Shown here: one piece after another, positions 18,828 through 28,170 of the stretch
How the letters are laid out: each line of letters starts with the position of its first letter
Numbering within the stretch: position 1 is the first letter of the stretch
From: Pasteurella multocida
GTDB taxonomy: Bacteria; Pseudomonadota; Gammaproteobacteria; Enterobacterales; Pasteurellaceae
NCBI RefSeq assembly: GCF_900187275.1
Contig: NZ_LT906458.1
Location: forward strand, 1,560,001-1,592,000
Length of the DNA stretch: 32,000 bases
Direction of reading: 5' to 3'
Translations under genes and position numbers: made by a program
The notes under the pieces: model-generated
The model's input: only the letters and a program-made list of their open reading frames with translations
The model's database searches: none
What the model was told of the DNA's origin: nothing

Positions 18828-20162
18828 CTATAATAAGCCCGGTTTACGTTCCGCGCGTTGTTCTGGACTCTCGCCTTGTGTTTTATGGATCCAACGCTCA
18901 AGCACAGGACCGACACTATTGACATCAGATTGTTTGGTTGATGGCGTACACACAATCAAGATGTTCATTTCTTGACTGTCTGTATAACGTTCAAATAAAT
19001 ACGCCACTTTACCGCGCAAGATCAACTGAGATACTGGATTACCCTCTTTCACTTCTGCTAAGGACGTAATTGCCAAGCGTCCACGATACCCCGGGAAATC
19101 CAATAAATCGACACGCTCAACCGCAGGCACACGCGTTGGATTCATCAAGGGGAAAACTAACTCCGCGGTCAGTGCGGTTAATTCCGCTAACGAAATTGTA
19201 ACCGCTCCTCCGACCTCTTCACCCTGTGCGGGACGCACATCAATTTGCTCATCACGCGCGGTACCTAAGCGCTCTAGCATATCCACGTTCATAATACTGT
19301 CCGCTTGAGATAAGCCCCCTTCAGGAGTTTCTTTCACTACGGCACTAAGCGGCGCATACACACGTTCAGGGTGACCTAAACGTGCTAAAGAATGAGCGAA
19401 TTGAATATAAATATCGGTCAGCTCTTGAATTTCACCCCAAAGAATCGAGAATAACGTGGCACGTTCTTGGATCGCTAAATAAGGTGCAAGTGCGGTCGCA
19501 TTTGCCCAATAATTGCCTTGTAACACTGATAACGACTTGCCAAAACTGTCTTGGGCGTAATCTTGCAAATCGACTACATCATCTTGATTAACACCTGACA
19601 CTAAATTCGCCGAAACTCGCCCACTTAAGCTTTTCACTAATTGATTAATACGCGATTGCGTAATTTCGTATTCCACCCGTTCTTTATCAAAGTCATTGAA
19701 ATAGGCATTCACCAGAATTTTTGCCACTTCAATTTCACTGAATAAACGCAGTTCTAAAGGATAGCCTGCTACCCCTTTGGTTTCTTTACGGGTAAAACGG
19801 GTCACTAGCCCTGTTGCTTCTTTTCCGCCACCCGGTGGGTTGATATGTTTAATAAAATCCAGTTTTTGCCCATCAAATAAGGTTTCCAATTTACCCCGTT
19901 CATCCGCCGCCAAGGCAGAAATTAAAAAGGATTTACCCGCTTGGGATAAGCCAAAGAAACCCGCTGTAATCGGCTTATCCGACACCGCGCCTAAACGTTT
20001 TGCGGTGTTACGCAAACGGCGCAGTTCTAAAATTAAACTGTCGGCTTCATTATTTAACCGGACAACATTCGGGCGCACATCATCAATCCAATCAATTGCT
20101 GATTGTGATGCAGTAAAGACCTCATTCCATGATTGCACTAATTGTTTTGCTGTATTACTCAT
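18828..20162 (-). CDS. srfC: SrfC-like dynamin/GTPase-type protein, N-terminal part (ends at in-frame TAG)
   Basis: 444 aa; P-loop FFGLSQAGKSFLISALA, G3-like DLLDFPGYRGR; stop TAG (CTA on the plus strand) at 18828-18830. Confidence 0.75.
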   Translation of the reverse strand: MSNTAKQLVQSWNEVFTASQSAIDWIDDVRPNVVRLNNEADSLILELRRLRNTAKRLGAVSDKPITAGFFGLSQAGKSFLISALAADERGKLETLFDGQKLDFIKHINPPGGGKEATGLVTRFTRKETKGVAGYPLELRLFSEIEVAKILVNAYFNDFDKERVEYEITQSRINQLVKSLSGRVSANLVSGVNQDDVVDLQDYAQDSFGKSLSVLQGNYWANATALAPYLAIQERATLFSILWGEIQELTDIYIQFAHSLARLGHPERVYAPLSAVVKETPEGGLSQADSIMNVDMLERLGTARDEQIDVRPAQGEEVGGAVTISLAELTALTAELVFPLMNPTRVPAVERVDLLDFPGYRGRLAITSLAEVKEGNPVSQLILRGKVAYLFERYTDSQEMNILIVCTPSTKQSDVNSVGPVLERWIHKTQGESPEQRAERKPGLL

Positions 20163-23100
20163 TATATCTCCCGTTTAATGCTGCCCGTATCTAACCAGTA
20201 AAGGCTGTCTTTTAAGCCGGCATCTGTCATGGTATTCAAACTCAATTTGATTTGTGGCTCACCCAGATCATTACGTCTTAAGCGGATTTTTTTCACTTTG
20301 CCATCTAAGGTTTTTAACTCGGCATTGGCGATTTCAAAATGTTCAATGCGTTCTTTTTGTTTTGACGCTAAACCTAATGCTTTCTTAATACGCAAAGTGA
20401 TATCCAACACCCCACCATTTGCTAACTCACGATTTAGCGCGTCATCTTCAATCGTCAAAATATACAGTGGTGTGGCGCTCCAACGCTCTACATTCAATTG
20501 ACGGAAGCCTAAACGGGCTAACCCACGCGCTTCAAAATGGGTATCAGGTAATTCATAATCCGGGTTATCCAGATCAATATCACGATAGTAAATATTACTG
20601 TCTTTAATCACGTTATTGTTATCCAGTAACCCAATGTATTTGACGGTTGAATAGGCGACCAATGCCGTGGCACGCAAATAGAAGTTCGGTAGGCGCTGAT
20701 GAGTACTTAAAAAACACAGCATTGCACCGACAGACGCTGTGGTTTTAGGATCATCAATACGACCCTGTTTGTGGAAAGGATACCAGTTACCGGTACGGTA
20801 ATTATGTAAAGGCAAAATACGCCCTACCGGCAGTGGTAAACGCGAGCGGAAAAAGGCTTGTACACCAGGTAAACGCGAAGGACGTCCCGTCAATAACAGG
20901 ACATCACATTGATAGCAATTAATCACTTCGCATAACGCGTTAAAGGTTTTACAAATATCGTAATAATCGCCACGCACAAAGCGGTTATGAATCTCACGTA
21001 AATTCACCTCAAGCGGTAAATCTAAAATACTAAAATGCGGATCATTTAATTCTCGTCTAATCGGTTCATTAATGTAATCTAAGACGTTTTCTGTTGGTGC
21101 TTCCACCTCACTTAACAAACTCGAAAAGCGCAGATCCGTTAAACTGGCTTCGCTGTAATAAGGATCAAAATTCTCATACTCTTTTAAAACACGTAACCCA
21201 ATAGGCATAAAGACTTGAAGGGTTAATTGCTGACGCAATAATTTATCCTGTACTGAGCGCTCTTCTGAACCAATTAATTTAGATAAAATGGAATCAGGCT
21301 CACGCATGCCTTTTTCTTTTAAACCTTTGGCAAGAGAATTCACCACCACATCGCGAATCATATCAAGTAAAATATCATCCCCCGCCACTTTGAAACCATC
21401 ACGGAAACGTTGGGTCGGGACGATATGTGCGTTACTGCCGCCTGTAGCGTAATTCCCCCCATAATCTAAAGCATAATCATTGATCACTAAGTCTGTAGTT
21501 CCGCCACCAATATCTACTGTCGCAATGGTAATTTTGCCTTTTTCTGGGTTATCGCTACGTCTTAATGCTTCAATAAATTCTTCTGGACGACCGCCATAAT
21601 TATTCTGGGTTTCATTAAAGAAATACACCACTTGCCCGCAGGTTGCTTCATCCCATTGAATTACCACTTCAGGCAACATTGGCCAATAACTTTCACGACT
21701 GTCTTTCGAGTCAAAATTGAGATCTTCATCGCTTTTATCCCAACCTAAACTTTTCCAAACGAGTCCAATCGCTTGATACACGCTGTTACGGAAAATTTCA
21801 CGTTCAGGTTTCGGCATCGCTGGAGGCACCGTCAGAATGATCGAACGTAAATAACGCGGTGTACGAGAATGCTCTAACTTAGCACGTTGTGTCGGGCTAT
21901 TAATTTGAATTAAGGCATGCATCAAGACTTCAGATAACATAAATGTCATCAATGAACTGCGTGAATATTTCGGGTGGAAAACCGGAATTTTACGCTCAAA
22001 TTCGTCATCAATATTGTCATCTAGAATATGTAGCGCTTCGCCATATTCATTAATTAAGCCAGACAACGGTTCTGCGGTGGCGTGAGGTTCATGATCGGTT
22101 TTCACATACGCACTATTAAAGCGCCAACCTTGTCCATACTGCTCCGTGTCCCAAAGATAGCGTTTAGGGCTAGATAAACCCGTAGCACCTTCGTTACCGT
22201 TACGACGGCTTGCCAAACGCGCCGCTTCTTTGCCCACTCGTCCAATCGTTGCCCACTGGAATGCATCACGACGTCCACTTTGGACCGAAAAATGTTCTTT
22301 ACCAAAAAAGGCTTGAGCAAATTCCACGCGGCTTTCAAAAGGCTCGTTATACACCCGCTCTGGACTGCTTAAATCACGCAACTCCAATTCATAACGTTTC
22401 TTTAAACCGTCTTTTTCTTGTTTGTGATCTTCAATTAAAATGCCACACGTCCGCGAATTCCCTACATCTAACACCATATCCACCGGAATCGCTTCCACAA
22501 TGTCATCCGCTTTTTTCGAGACCACCTTAATGTTTGGCATGGATAAGCAGGTGCCTAAGATCGCTAAAATGTTCAGATAATGAGCTTGATGATTTTTCAG
22601 CGTAATCGCATCGGACAATTCTTCAAAGTCGGTTAAGCGAATGCTATGCGCCTGCTCTTTGAAAATTTCTAACAGCCACTCATTCACCCATTTGAAATCT
22701 AAAAACCAGGACATCTGATTGGATTGGTGAGCGAAACCGAACACGACACCAGAACGTACATCCTCCTCTGTCGGCGCTAAATAAGCCACATTTTGGCTAT
22801 TAGGAAAGACTTTCGTATCAAAAGCAAAGGTAATACGATGAGTATGACCTTCTTGATCTGGGTTCTCTAAACGAATAACACGCACACGCGCCCAGTTATA
22901 AGGACCTTCATCAAAACGATCAGGAGGCACAGTACGTAAAAAAGGAATCGGTAACCAGACGCCATCAAATAAGGTAAAGGAATGTTCTACACTGATATCT
23001 TGTTCAGGGGTTACAATCCGACCGGGTTGCGTGGGGTCATAATAGCCATCACGGACTTTATCTTCAATTAAACGACGTAACGGTCCATTCTCACCAGAAG

Positions 23101-23236
23101 AAATAAAGTAGCCGCTAGCAATGTCACGCCATTCCCTGTCTTTCCAATCAATCTTCAAACCAAAATCAATAAACTGAATACCGCTATTCATCACTAGCGA
23201 TACTTCTTTACCTAAATAATGTAATTCTGGGAGCAT
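20162..23236 (-). CDS. srfB: SrfB-like actin/Hsp70-superfamily ATPase
   Basis: 1024 aa; phosphate-1-like VDMVLDVGNSRTCGILIE, phosphate-2-like TIATVDIGGGTTDLVINDYAL, located between srfA-like and srfC-like genes. Confidence 0.82.
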   Translation of the reverse strand: MLPELHYLGKEVSLVMNSGIQFIDFGLKIDWKDREWRDIASGYFISSGENGPLRRLIEDKVRDGYYDPTQPGRIVTPEQDISVEHSFTLFDGVWLPIPFLRTVPPDRFDEGPYNWARVRVIRLENPDQEGHTHRITFAFDTKVFPNSQNVAYLAPTEEDVRSGVVFGFAHQSNQMSWFLDFKWVNEWLLEIFKEQAHSIRLTDFEELSDAITLKNHQAHYLNILAILGTCLSMPNIKVVSKKADDIVEAIPVDMVLDVGNSRTCGILIEDHKQEKDGLKKRYELELRDLSSPERVYNEPFESRVEFAQAFFGKEHFSVQSGRRDAFQWATIGRVGKEAARLASRRNGNEGATGLSSPKRYLWDTEQYGQGWRFNSAYVKTDHEPHATAEPLSGLINEYGEALHILDDNIDDEFERKIPVFHPKYSRSSLMTFMLSEVLMHALIQINSPTQRAKLEHSRTPRYLRSIILTVPPAMPKPEREIFRNSVYQAIGLVWKSLGWDKSDEDLNFDSKDSRESYWPMLPEVVIQWDEATCGQVVYFFNETQNNYGGRPEEFIEALRRSDNPEKGKITIATVDIGGGTTDLVINDYALDYGGNYATGGSNAHIVPTQRFRDGFKVAGDDILLDMIRDVVVNSLAKGLKEKGMREPDSILSKLIGSEERSVQDKLLRQQLTLQVFMPIGLRVLKEYENFDPYYSEASLTDLRFSSLLSEVEAPTENVLDYINEPIRRELNDPHFSILDLPLEVNLREIHNRFVRGDYYDICKTFNALCEVINCYQCDVLLLTGRPSRLPGVQAFFRSRLPLPVGRILPLHNYRTGNWYPFHKQGRIDDPKTTASVGAMLCFLSTHQRLPNFYLRATALVAYSTVKYIGLLDNNNVIKDSNIYYRDIDLDNPDYELPDTHFEARGLARLGFRQLNVERWSATPLYILTIEDDALNRELANGGVLDITLRIKKALGLASKQKERIEHFEIANAELKTLDGKVKKIRLRRNDLGEPQIKLSLNTMTDAGLKDSLYWLDTGSIKREI

Positions 23237-23260
23237 TTTTATTCTCTCTTTTTCGTCAAT

Positions 23261-24859
23261 TTAAGGGGTTTTCATGGACATTGGGAAACGTTGCCCTGAA
23301 CCATATTCGCCTTCACAATCCGCCGATCCCGCTACATCGGGTTTACAATTAACACTCGGTAATTGATAGAATGAACCATCACTACAATTGGCAATACCGG
23401 TGTTTGCAATGCTTAAACTGCCACCACGCATCGCCGCGTTCACATCACCAACACATTGCACACCATCTCCACGTTCCACACGGACTTTTCCTTTTCCTTT
23501 TTCAAATTCATAGTTGAGACGAAGCGGTTTGCCCGTGGTTTTATCTTGAATTCCAGCGCCCGCATTCCATTTCCCATTGAGGAAATCCACATTACCTGTT
23601 TTGCTACTTTCTGCAGGAATCTGTAATAGCTTATTCGTCAAGGTTTGATCTTGTGCTGGATTTTGCGTTTCTGTCAGATCTTTCGTCGGATGAGCGACAG
23701 GATCTTCTTTCGCAGTTGGTGAGTTACGATCAGAATGAGAGGTCGGTTCATTTGCTTTTAACGGATCAAGTGTCTTATCTGCTGTATTCCCGTTCTCGGT
23801 CAAATTTGGCTGCATGGTTTTATCCGCGAGAGAAGAGTCTGTTGTTGCAACAGATTTGAGCTCAGTGTGTGCGACATCACCTGTCACTTTCCCGACTTTC
23901 TCAATAACTTTTGTGCCGGGTTCAGCAACAAAAGTGCGGTCACATTTTTCTAAATTTGCTGTCGTGGTTTTCGTTAAGCGTGTAATTAATGCCTTCTCTG
24001 TGACTGTCTGCCCATTGTCTTGATATACCCACTTATTTTGCGTAAAACGATACAAACGCCCGTCTAAACAAATCAGGCGTTCTGTTGCGCTCAACGATGT
24101 TTTTTCTACTGGCGTTGTTTTTTTGGCAAGATCAACATGCGTGGTGCCACAGCTACGCAAAAAGAACAGAGCAAGTAATCCCAAGAGTAAGAAGGGCAGT
24201 AACCATAATAACCAACGCCACCACGGTTTCTTTTCAACGACATTCGCAGGCTCAGGGGAAATTACAGGCGCCGCTGGTTCACGCACAACGGGTTTTAAAC
24301 GTAAGAAAGGATGCCCATACGCTTCGGTATTTTTTTCTAGAAATCCCCAGAAAGTGATCACTGGGCGATTATTCACTAAATACACATAATCAGGATTAGG
24401 AAAACGTAAGGCTTTGAGATTCTCAGGATCATGAATATCCTCAGGATGTTGGTTACCGCACAACAAACGTGAAAAAAGTAAGAGATCACCTTGCAAATTA
24501 TCACTCTTTTTCAAACTGAGCCCAAATTGCAACATTGCTTGCTCAAATTGACTCAATTCAGCAAAAGCTGCCGCGCGTTCTTCATCTGTAGCGGATGTCC
24601 AAGGAATAATCATATATTTACCGTCGGCACGATCAGATTCAAAAGGCACATACCAATCAATTTGGCTCCCCTGATCATTACGCTGTGGGATGGCTAAATA
24701 ATTGGCAAAACGCTTACCTATTGTTTTGTCATTCGCATCCTTGACCCTAAACTTAATGGCATCACGCAATTGCGAAGCAACCGCATAAACGGGAGTTCCA
24801 TCTTGTCCAAGTGCGGTGTAATTTTTCACATCACCGCTACGTAATAAAGCACTTAACAT
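23261..24859 (-). CDS. srfA: SrfA-like one-TM protein
   Basis: 532 aa; LLRSGDVKNYTALGQDGTPVYA...YLAIPQRNDQGSQIDWY...YLVNNRPVITFWGFLE, TM WWRWLLWLLPFLLLGLLALFFLRSC, Cys-rich C-terminal domain FLNGKWNAGAGIQDKTTGKPL...CEGEYGSGQRFPMSM; directly upstream of srfB-like gene. Confidence 0.7.
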   Translation of the reverse strand: MLSALLRSGDVKNYTALGQDGTPVYAVASQLRDAIKFRVKDANDKTIGKRFANYLAIPQRNDQGSQIDWYVPFESDRADGKYMIIPWTSATDEERAAAFAELSQFEQAMLQFGLSLKKSDNLQGDLLLFSRLLCGNQHPEDIHDPENLKALRFPNPDYVYLVNNRPVITFWGFLEKNTEAYGHPFLRLKPVVREPAAPVISPEPANVVEKKPWWRWLLWLLPFLLLGLLALFFLRSCGTTHVDLAKKTTPVEKTSLSATERLICLDGRLYRFTQNKWVYQDNGQTVTEKALITRLTKTTTANLEKCDRTFVAEPGTKVIEKVGKVTGDVAHTELKSVATTDSSLADKTMQPNLTENGNTADKTLDPLKANEPTSHSDRNSPTAKEDPVAHPTKDLTETQNPAQDQTLTNKLLQIPAESSKTGNVDFLNGKWNAGAGIQDKTTGKPLRLNYEFEKGKGKVRVERGDGVQCVGDVNAAMRGGSLSIANTGIANCSDGSFYQLPSVNCKPDVAGSADCEGEYGSGQRFPMSMKTP

Positions 24860-24928
24860 AGATTATCCTTGTTCAACCTGATCACAATAAATACAAAAAC
24901 GTTATAAATATTGCACTACATTCACACG

Positions 24929-24957
24929 ATTTTAATAAGCTTGCCGCAGAAATGCAA
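24929..24957 (-). promoter_or_regulatory. Candidate sigma70-type promoter for the srf/VWA cluster
   Basis: On the minus strand TTGCAT-N17-TAAAAT about 70 bp upstream of the first ORF. The -35 match is weak. Confidence 0.35.
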
Positions 24958-25098
24958 AGAATTTGTACTTTTTTACAGCACTAAGATTTGTATTGATATC
25001 AAGGATATAAAAAACAAAAATTGCACTTTCAAACTAACAACTTGACGGATAGCACAATTTTATTTTGCGAGAAATCCCACAAATTTGATAAAAAGCAC

Positions 25099-25127
25099 TT
25101 GATACTGTTTATTCATACAGTTAATAT
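25099..25127 (+). promoter_or_regulatory. recA promoter with LexA (SOS) box in the spacer
   Basis: TTGATA (25099-25104), 17-nt spacer, TAATAT (25122-25127). CTGTTTATTCATACAG (25105-25120) fits CTGT-N8-ACAG. Confidence 0.92.
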
Positions 25128-25168
25128 ACACGACAAATTCTGATGATGATTTTATTGAGGATTCAAAC

Positions 25169-26233
25169 ATGGCAACAAAAGAAGAAAAAAATAAAGCACT
25201 GGCAGCAGCACTTGGGCAGATTGAAAAACAATTTGGGAAAGGCTCTATTATGAAATTGGGCGATACCCAAGCCTTGGATGTTGAAGCCGTGTCAACAGGC
25301 TCATTAAGCCTCGACGTCGCACTTGGCATTGGCGGGTTACCAATGGGTCGTATTGTTGAAATTTTCGGGCCTGAATCTTCCGGTAAAACCACCTTAACCC
25401 TTTCTGTCATTGCGCAAGCACAAAAAGAAGGCAAAACCTGTGCCTTTATTGACGCAGAACACGCATTAGATCCAATTTATGCTGCCAAACTGGGCGTCAA
25501 TGTGAATGAACTGTTAGTTTCCCAACCTGATAACGGTGAACAAGCACTCGAAATTTGCGATGCGTTAGTGCGTTCAGGTGCAGTAGATGTGATCATTGTG
25601 GACTCAGTCGCAGCATTAACCCCGAAAGCGGAAATTGAAGGAGAAATGGGTGACTCACACATGGGCTTACAAGCACGTTTGATGTCACAAGCATTACGTA
25701 AACTCACTGGACAAATCAAAAACTCAAATTGCTTAGTGGTCTTTATTAACCAAATCCGTATGAAAATTGGTGTTATGTTCGGTAACCCAGAAACCACAAC
25801 AGGGGGTAATGCACTAAAATTCTATGCCTCTGTACGTTTAGATATTCGCCGTACGGGTGCGATTAAAGAAGGTGAAGAAGTGATCGGTAACGAAACCCGT
25901 GTCAAAGTGGTGAAAAACAAAGTGGCGGCACCATTCCGTCAAGTAGATTTCCAAATTCTTTACGGTCAAGGTATTTCTAAAACAGGCGAGCTCATCGAGT
26001 TAGGCGTAAAACACAAATTAGTGGATAAAGCAGGTGCATGGTACGCTTACAATGGTGAAAAAATCGGTCAAGGTAAAGCTAACGCGATGAAATGGTTAGA
26101 AGAGCATCCTGAAGAAGCATTGGCTTTAGAAACAAAATTACGCAATGAGTTACTCGCGAATCCAGAAAAAGTACTCGCGGCAGACATTGCGGAAAAAAAT
26201 GAAAGCTCTACGGGCTTAGAAGCGGATTATTAA
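25169..26233 (+). CDS. recA: Recombinase A
   Basis: 354 aa; [45 protein letters not shown], full-length. Confidence 0.99.
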   Translation: MATKEEKNKALAAALGQIEKQFGKGSIMKLGDTQALDVEAVSTGSLSLDVALGIGGLPMGRIVEIFGPESSGKTTLTLSVIAQAQKEGKTCAFIDAEHALDPIYAAKLGVNVNELLVSQPDNGEQALEICDALVRSGAVDVIIVDSVAALTPKAEIEGEMGDSHMGLQARLMSQALRKLTGQIKNSNCLVVFINQIRMKIGVMFGNPETTTGGNALKFYASVRLDIRRTGAIKEGEEVIGNETRVKVVKNKVAAPFRQVDFQILYGQGISKTGELIELGVKHKLVDKAGAWYAYNGEKIGQGKANAMKWLEEHPEEALALETKLRNELLANPEKVLAADIAEKNESSTGLEADY

Positions 26234-26255
26234 TCTGTTTTTAGCGGTTTACTCG

Positions 26256-26298
26256 AAAAAAGTGCGGTGAGTTTTAACAAAATTTCACCGCACTTTTT
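26256..26298 (+). terminator. Stem-loop built from two inverted uptake signal sequences between recA and recX
   Basis: AAAAAAGTGCGGTGA ... TCACCGCACTTTTT; both arms contain the 9-nt USS core (26260-26268 and reverse complement 26287-26295). Confidence 0.9.
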
Positions 26299-26342
26299 GC
26301 TGAGTGATATCTAAACATTGTAAAGAAGCAGGTAACCATCGT

Positions 26343-26798
26343 ATGTCTTCTCCCGCGTTAAATTATGTCGTTGGCTTATTAGCACGCCGTGAATACAGTG
26401 AGTTTGAACTTCGCTGTAAAATGCAAGAAAAAGGCTTTTCTGAACAAGAAATTGATGACACACTTGCCTTTTGCCAACAAAAAAACTGGCAAAATGATCG
26501 CCGTTTTACTGAAAACTATCTCACCTTTCGGGCACAGCGGGGTTATGGATTTGCCAGAATCAAACAAGAATTACAACAATTAAAAGGGATTTCCTCTACA
26601 CTTATCAGTGAAACCGAACAAACATTGGCGCCAGATTGGCAGCACCATGCTTTAACCGTATTGAGAAAAAAATTCCCACAGTATGCCGAAATCACCGACT
26701 TAAAATTAAAACAAAAAGTCTGGCGTTATATGCTTTCACATGGTTTCAAGCCTGACCAATTTGCACATTATGTTGGGCATACAGAGTATGAAGAATAA
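26343..26798 (+). CDS. recX: Regulatory protein RecX
   Basis: ORF track opens at a GTG at 26304; ATG at 26343 (MSSPALNYVVGLLARREYSEFELRCKMQEKGFSEQEID) is the likelier start. RYGFARIKQELQQLKGIS region and position after recA. Confidence 0.92.
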   Translation: MSSPALNYVVGLLARREYSEFELRCKMQEKGFSEQEIDDTLAFCQQKNWQNDRRFTENYLTFRAQRGYGFARIKQELQQLKGISSTLISETEQTLAPDWQHHALTVLRKKFPQYAEITDLKLKQKVWRYMLSHGFKPDQFAHYVGHTEYEE

Positions 26799-26826
26799 TC
26801 TCATCAAAATAAATAATATCGTTTCT

Positions 26827-26870
26827 AAAAAAATAGCCCTTCAATACTGAATTTGCAGTATGAAGGGCTA
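26827..26870. terminator. Hairpin terminator for the hem operon (probably bidirectional)
   Basis: TAGCCCTTCAATACTG...CAGTATGAAGGGCTA; on the minus strand it is followed by TTTTTTT. Confidence 0.88.
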
Positions 26871-26892
26871 CCTAATCTAGCAATCAACAAGT

Positions 26893-28158
26893 TTATTTAC
26901 TTTCTAAAAGCACCGGCGGTTCTTCTGGTTGAGAATGTGTAAGTGAAGAAACTGCCATCGTTTCTTTTAAACTTTCCTCACGCACTTGCTGCGCTAAAGC
27001 ATTTTCCCCTACTTGTTCGAATACATAGGCCGCCATATTGACATCAGTTGCTTCAAGTTGTGCTTTATTGGCAACGACATGTTTGAACGCTTGGCTAGCT
27101 TGGGTAAGATCATTATTACGCACATATAAATACCCCAAGGCGCGATAAATACAGCAATGCTCACCTTCTATGGCTTTATTTGCTCTTTTCTCCATCAGTT
27201 TAATTAACTTACTATTATCTTCCGGTTGCAAACGTGCAATTTGCGTACACAACAAACGATTTTCTGGGCTTTGATCTTCCACTTTCTTCAAAGCTTCCAG
27301 TGTCAATTCATAAGCAGTTTCATGGTCATTGCAATCAATTAAACGCTGAATTAATGCAATTTTAACTGAAAGATCATGACGACGTTTACGTGGCTGATCA
27401 TTCCACCAAGTCAATAAGCCATCTACACCTTCTTCGTTCATTTTCTCATCTAATAAGCCATTTTCCACTTGACGTTGCAATTGGATAAAATCTTGCGCTG
27501 TATATAATCCCGCACTTTCAATTTGGTCAAGTATCTTATCTAGAGCTAAATACGCTTTTGATTTTAAATAAATGTCGACTGCTAGCTTGAGTACTTCTTT
27601 ATTACGGTTCGTCATCACTAACAAACTATCAACCGAACTTCGTGCAGCAGGTAATTTTCCTTGTTGTAATAGAATTCGCGTTCTCGCTAACTCAACCATT
27701 AAATTATCGGACCCGGCTAACTCCGTTGCTTCTAACAAATAACGGTTAGCGGAAAATTCATCACCACGTTGTTGTGCCGCTTCTGCGGCAGTAATGAAGT
27801 TCAAGATCGGCTCTTCCGAATGTTTCGCATTTTTCCCGATTAATTTCTCTGCTTTTGAATAATCGCCCTCATTCATGCGCATCAACCCTTCGAGGGTTTG
27901 TTTTTGTGCTTTGGCACGTTTACGACGAGAAAACCAATGATAAGTATCGCTACTTAAACGACAAAAACGCGTCACAATAACTTCAATTCCATAAATTACT
28001 GCCATGGCGATCACAAAAAACACCACTAACATCGTAATGGACATTTCAATATTGTAGCTGTTCGTTTCAATCAAGACATAGCCTTGTTTACCCGATAAAT
28101 ACGGTCCTGCAATTAAGCCTGCTAGTAACACCAGCATTAAAAATAGCACTCTAAACAT
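26893..28158 (-). CDS. hemY: Heme biosynthesis-associated TPR protein HemY
   Basis: 421 aa; two N-terminal TMs, [34 protein letters not shown]-like repeats, operon context with hemX/D/C. Confidence 0.92.
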   Translation of the reverse strand: MFRVLFLMLVLLAGLIAGPYLSGKQGYVLIETNSYNIEMSITMLVVFFVIAMAVIYGIEVIVTRFCRLSSDTYHWFSRRKRAKAQKQTLEGLMRMNEGDYSKAEKLIGKNAKHSEEPILNFITAAEAAQQRGDEFSANRYLLEATELAGSDNLMVELARTRILLQQGKLPAARSSVDSLLVMTNRNKEVLKLAVDIYLKSKAYLALDKILDQIESAGLYTAQDFIQLQRQVENGLLDEKMNEEGVDGLLTWWNDQPRKRRHDLSVKIALIQRLIDCNDHETAYELTLEALKKVEDQSPENRLLCTQIARLQPEDNSKLIKLMEKRANKAIEGEHCCIYRALGYLYVRNNDLTQASQAFKHVVANKAQLEATDVNMAAYVFEQVGENALAQQVREESLKETMAVSSLTHSQPEEPPVLLESK

Positions 28159-28170
28159 AATCTATTTCCT

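Noticed and set aside
18828-18830. TAG in srfC considered as phase-variation switch
   Set aside because: No homopolymer or short tandem repeat at the site, and the two halves are in the same frame, so it is a nonsense codon rather than a slippage frameshift.
23653-24389. Plus-strand ORFs opposite srfA (23653..23859, 24085..24357, 24123..24389)
   Set aside because: Mirror-frame ORFs of a confident membrane protein; the apparent composition is explained by the antisense of the TM and Pro-rich region.
6757-24859. Cluster considered as a type VI secretion locus because of the PpkA-like VWA protein
   Set aside because: No TssB/C/D/F/G/K/L/M, ClpV, VgrG or Hcp-like ORFs seen.
6757-24859. Cluster considered as mobile island or prophage
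   Set aside because: No integrase, transposase, tRNA or direct-repeat boundaries seen; flanks are ordinary housekeeping genes.
24870-24945. TGTGA-containing segments as a CRP site for the srf cluster
   Set aside because: Only half-sites match; the second half (TCACA) is not convincingly present.
26256-26298. USS inverted pair considered as a regulatory RNA between recA and recX
   Set aside because: Paired USS hairpins with T-runs are common terminators in Pasteurellaceae; it more simply attenuates recX.
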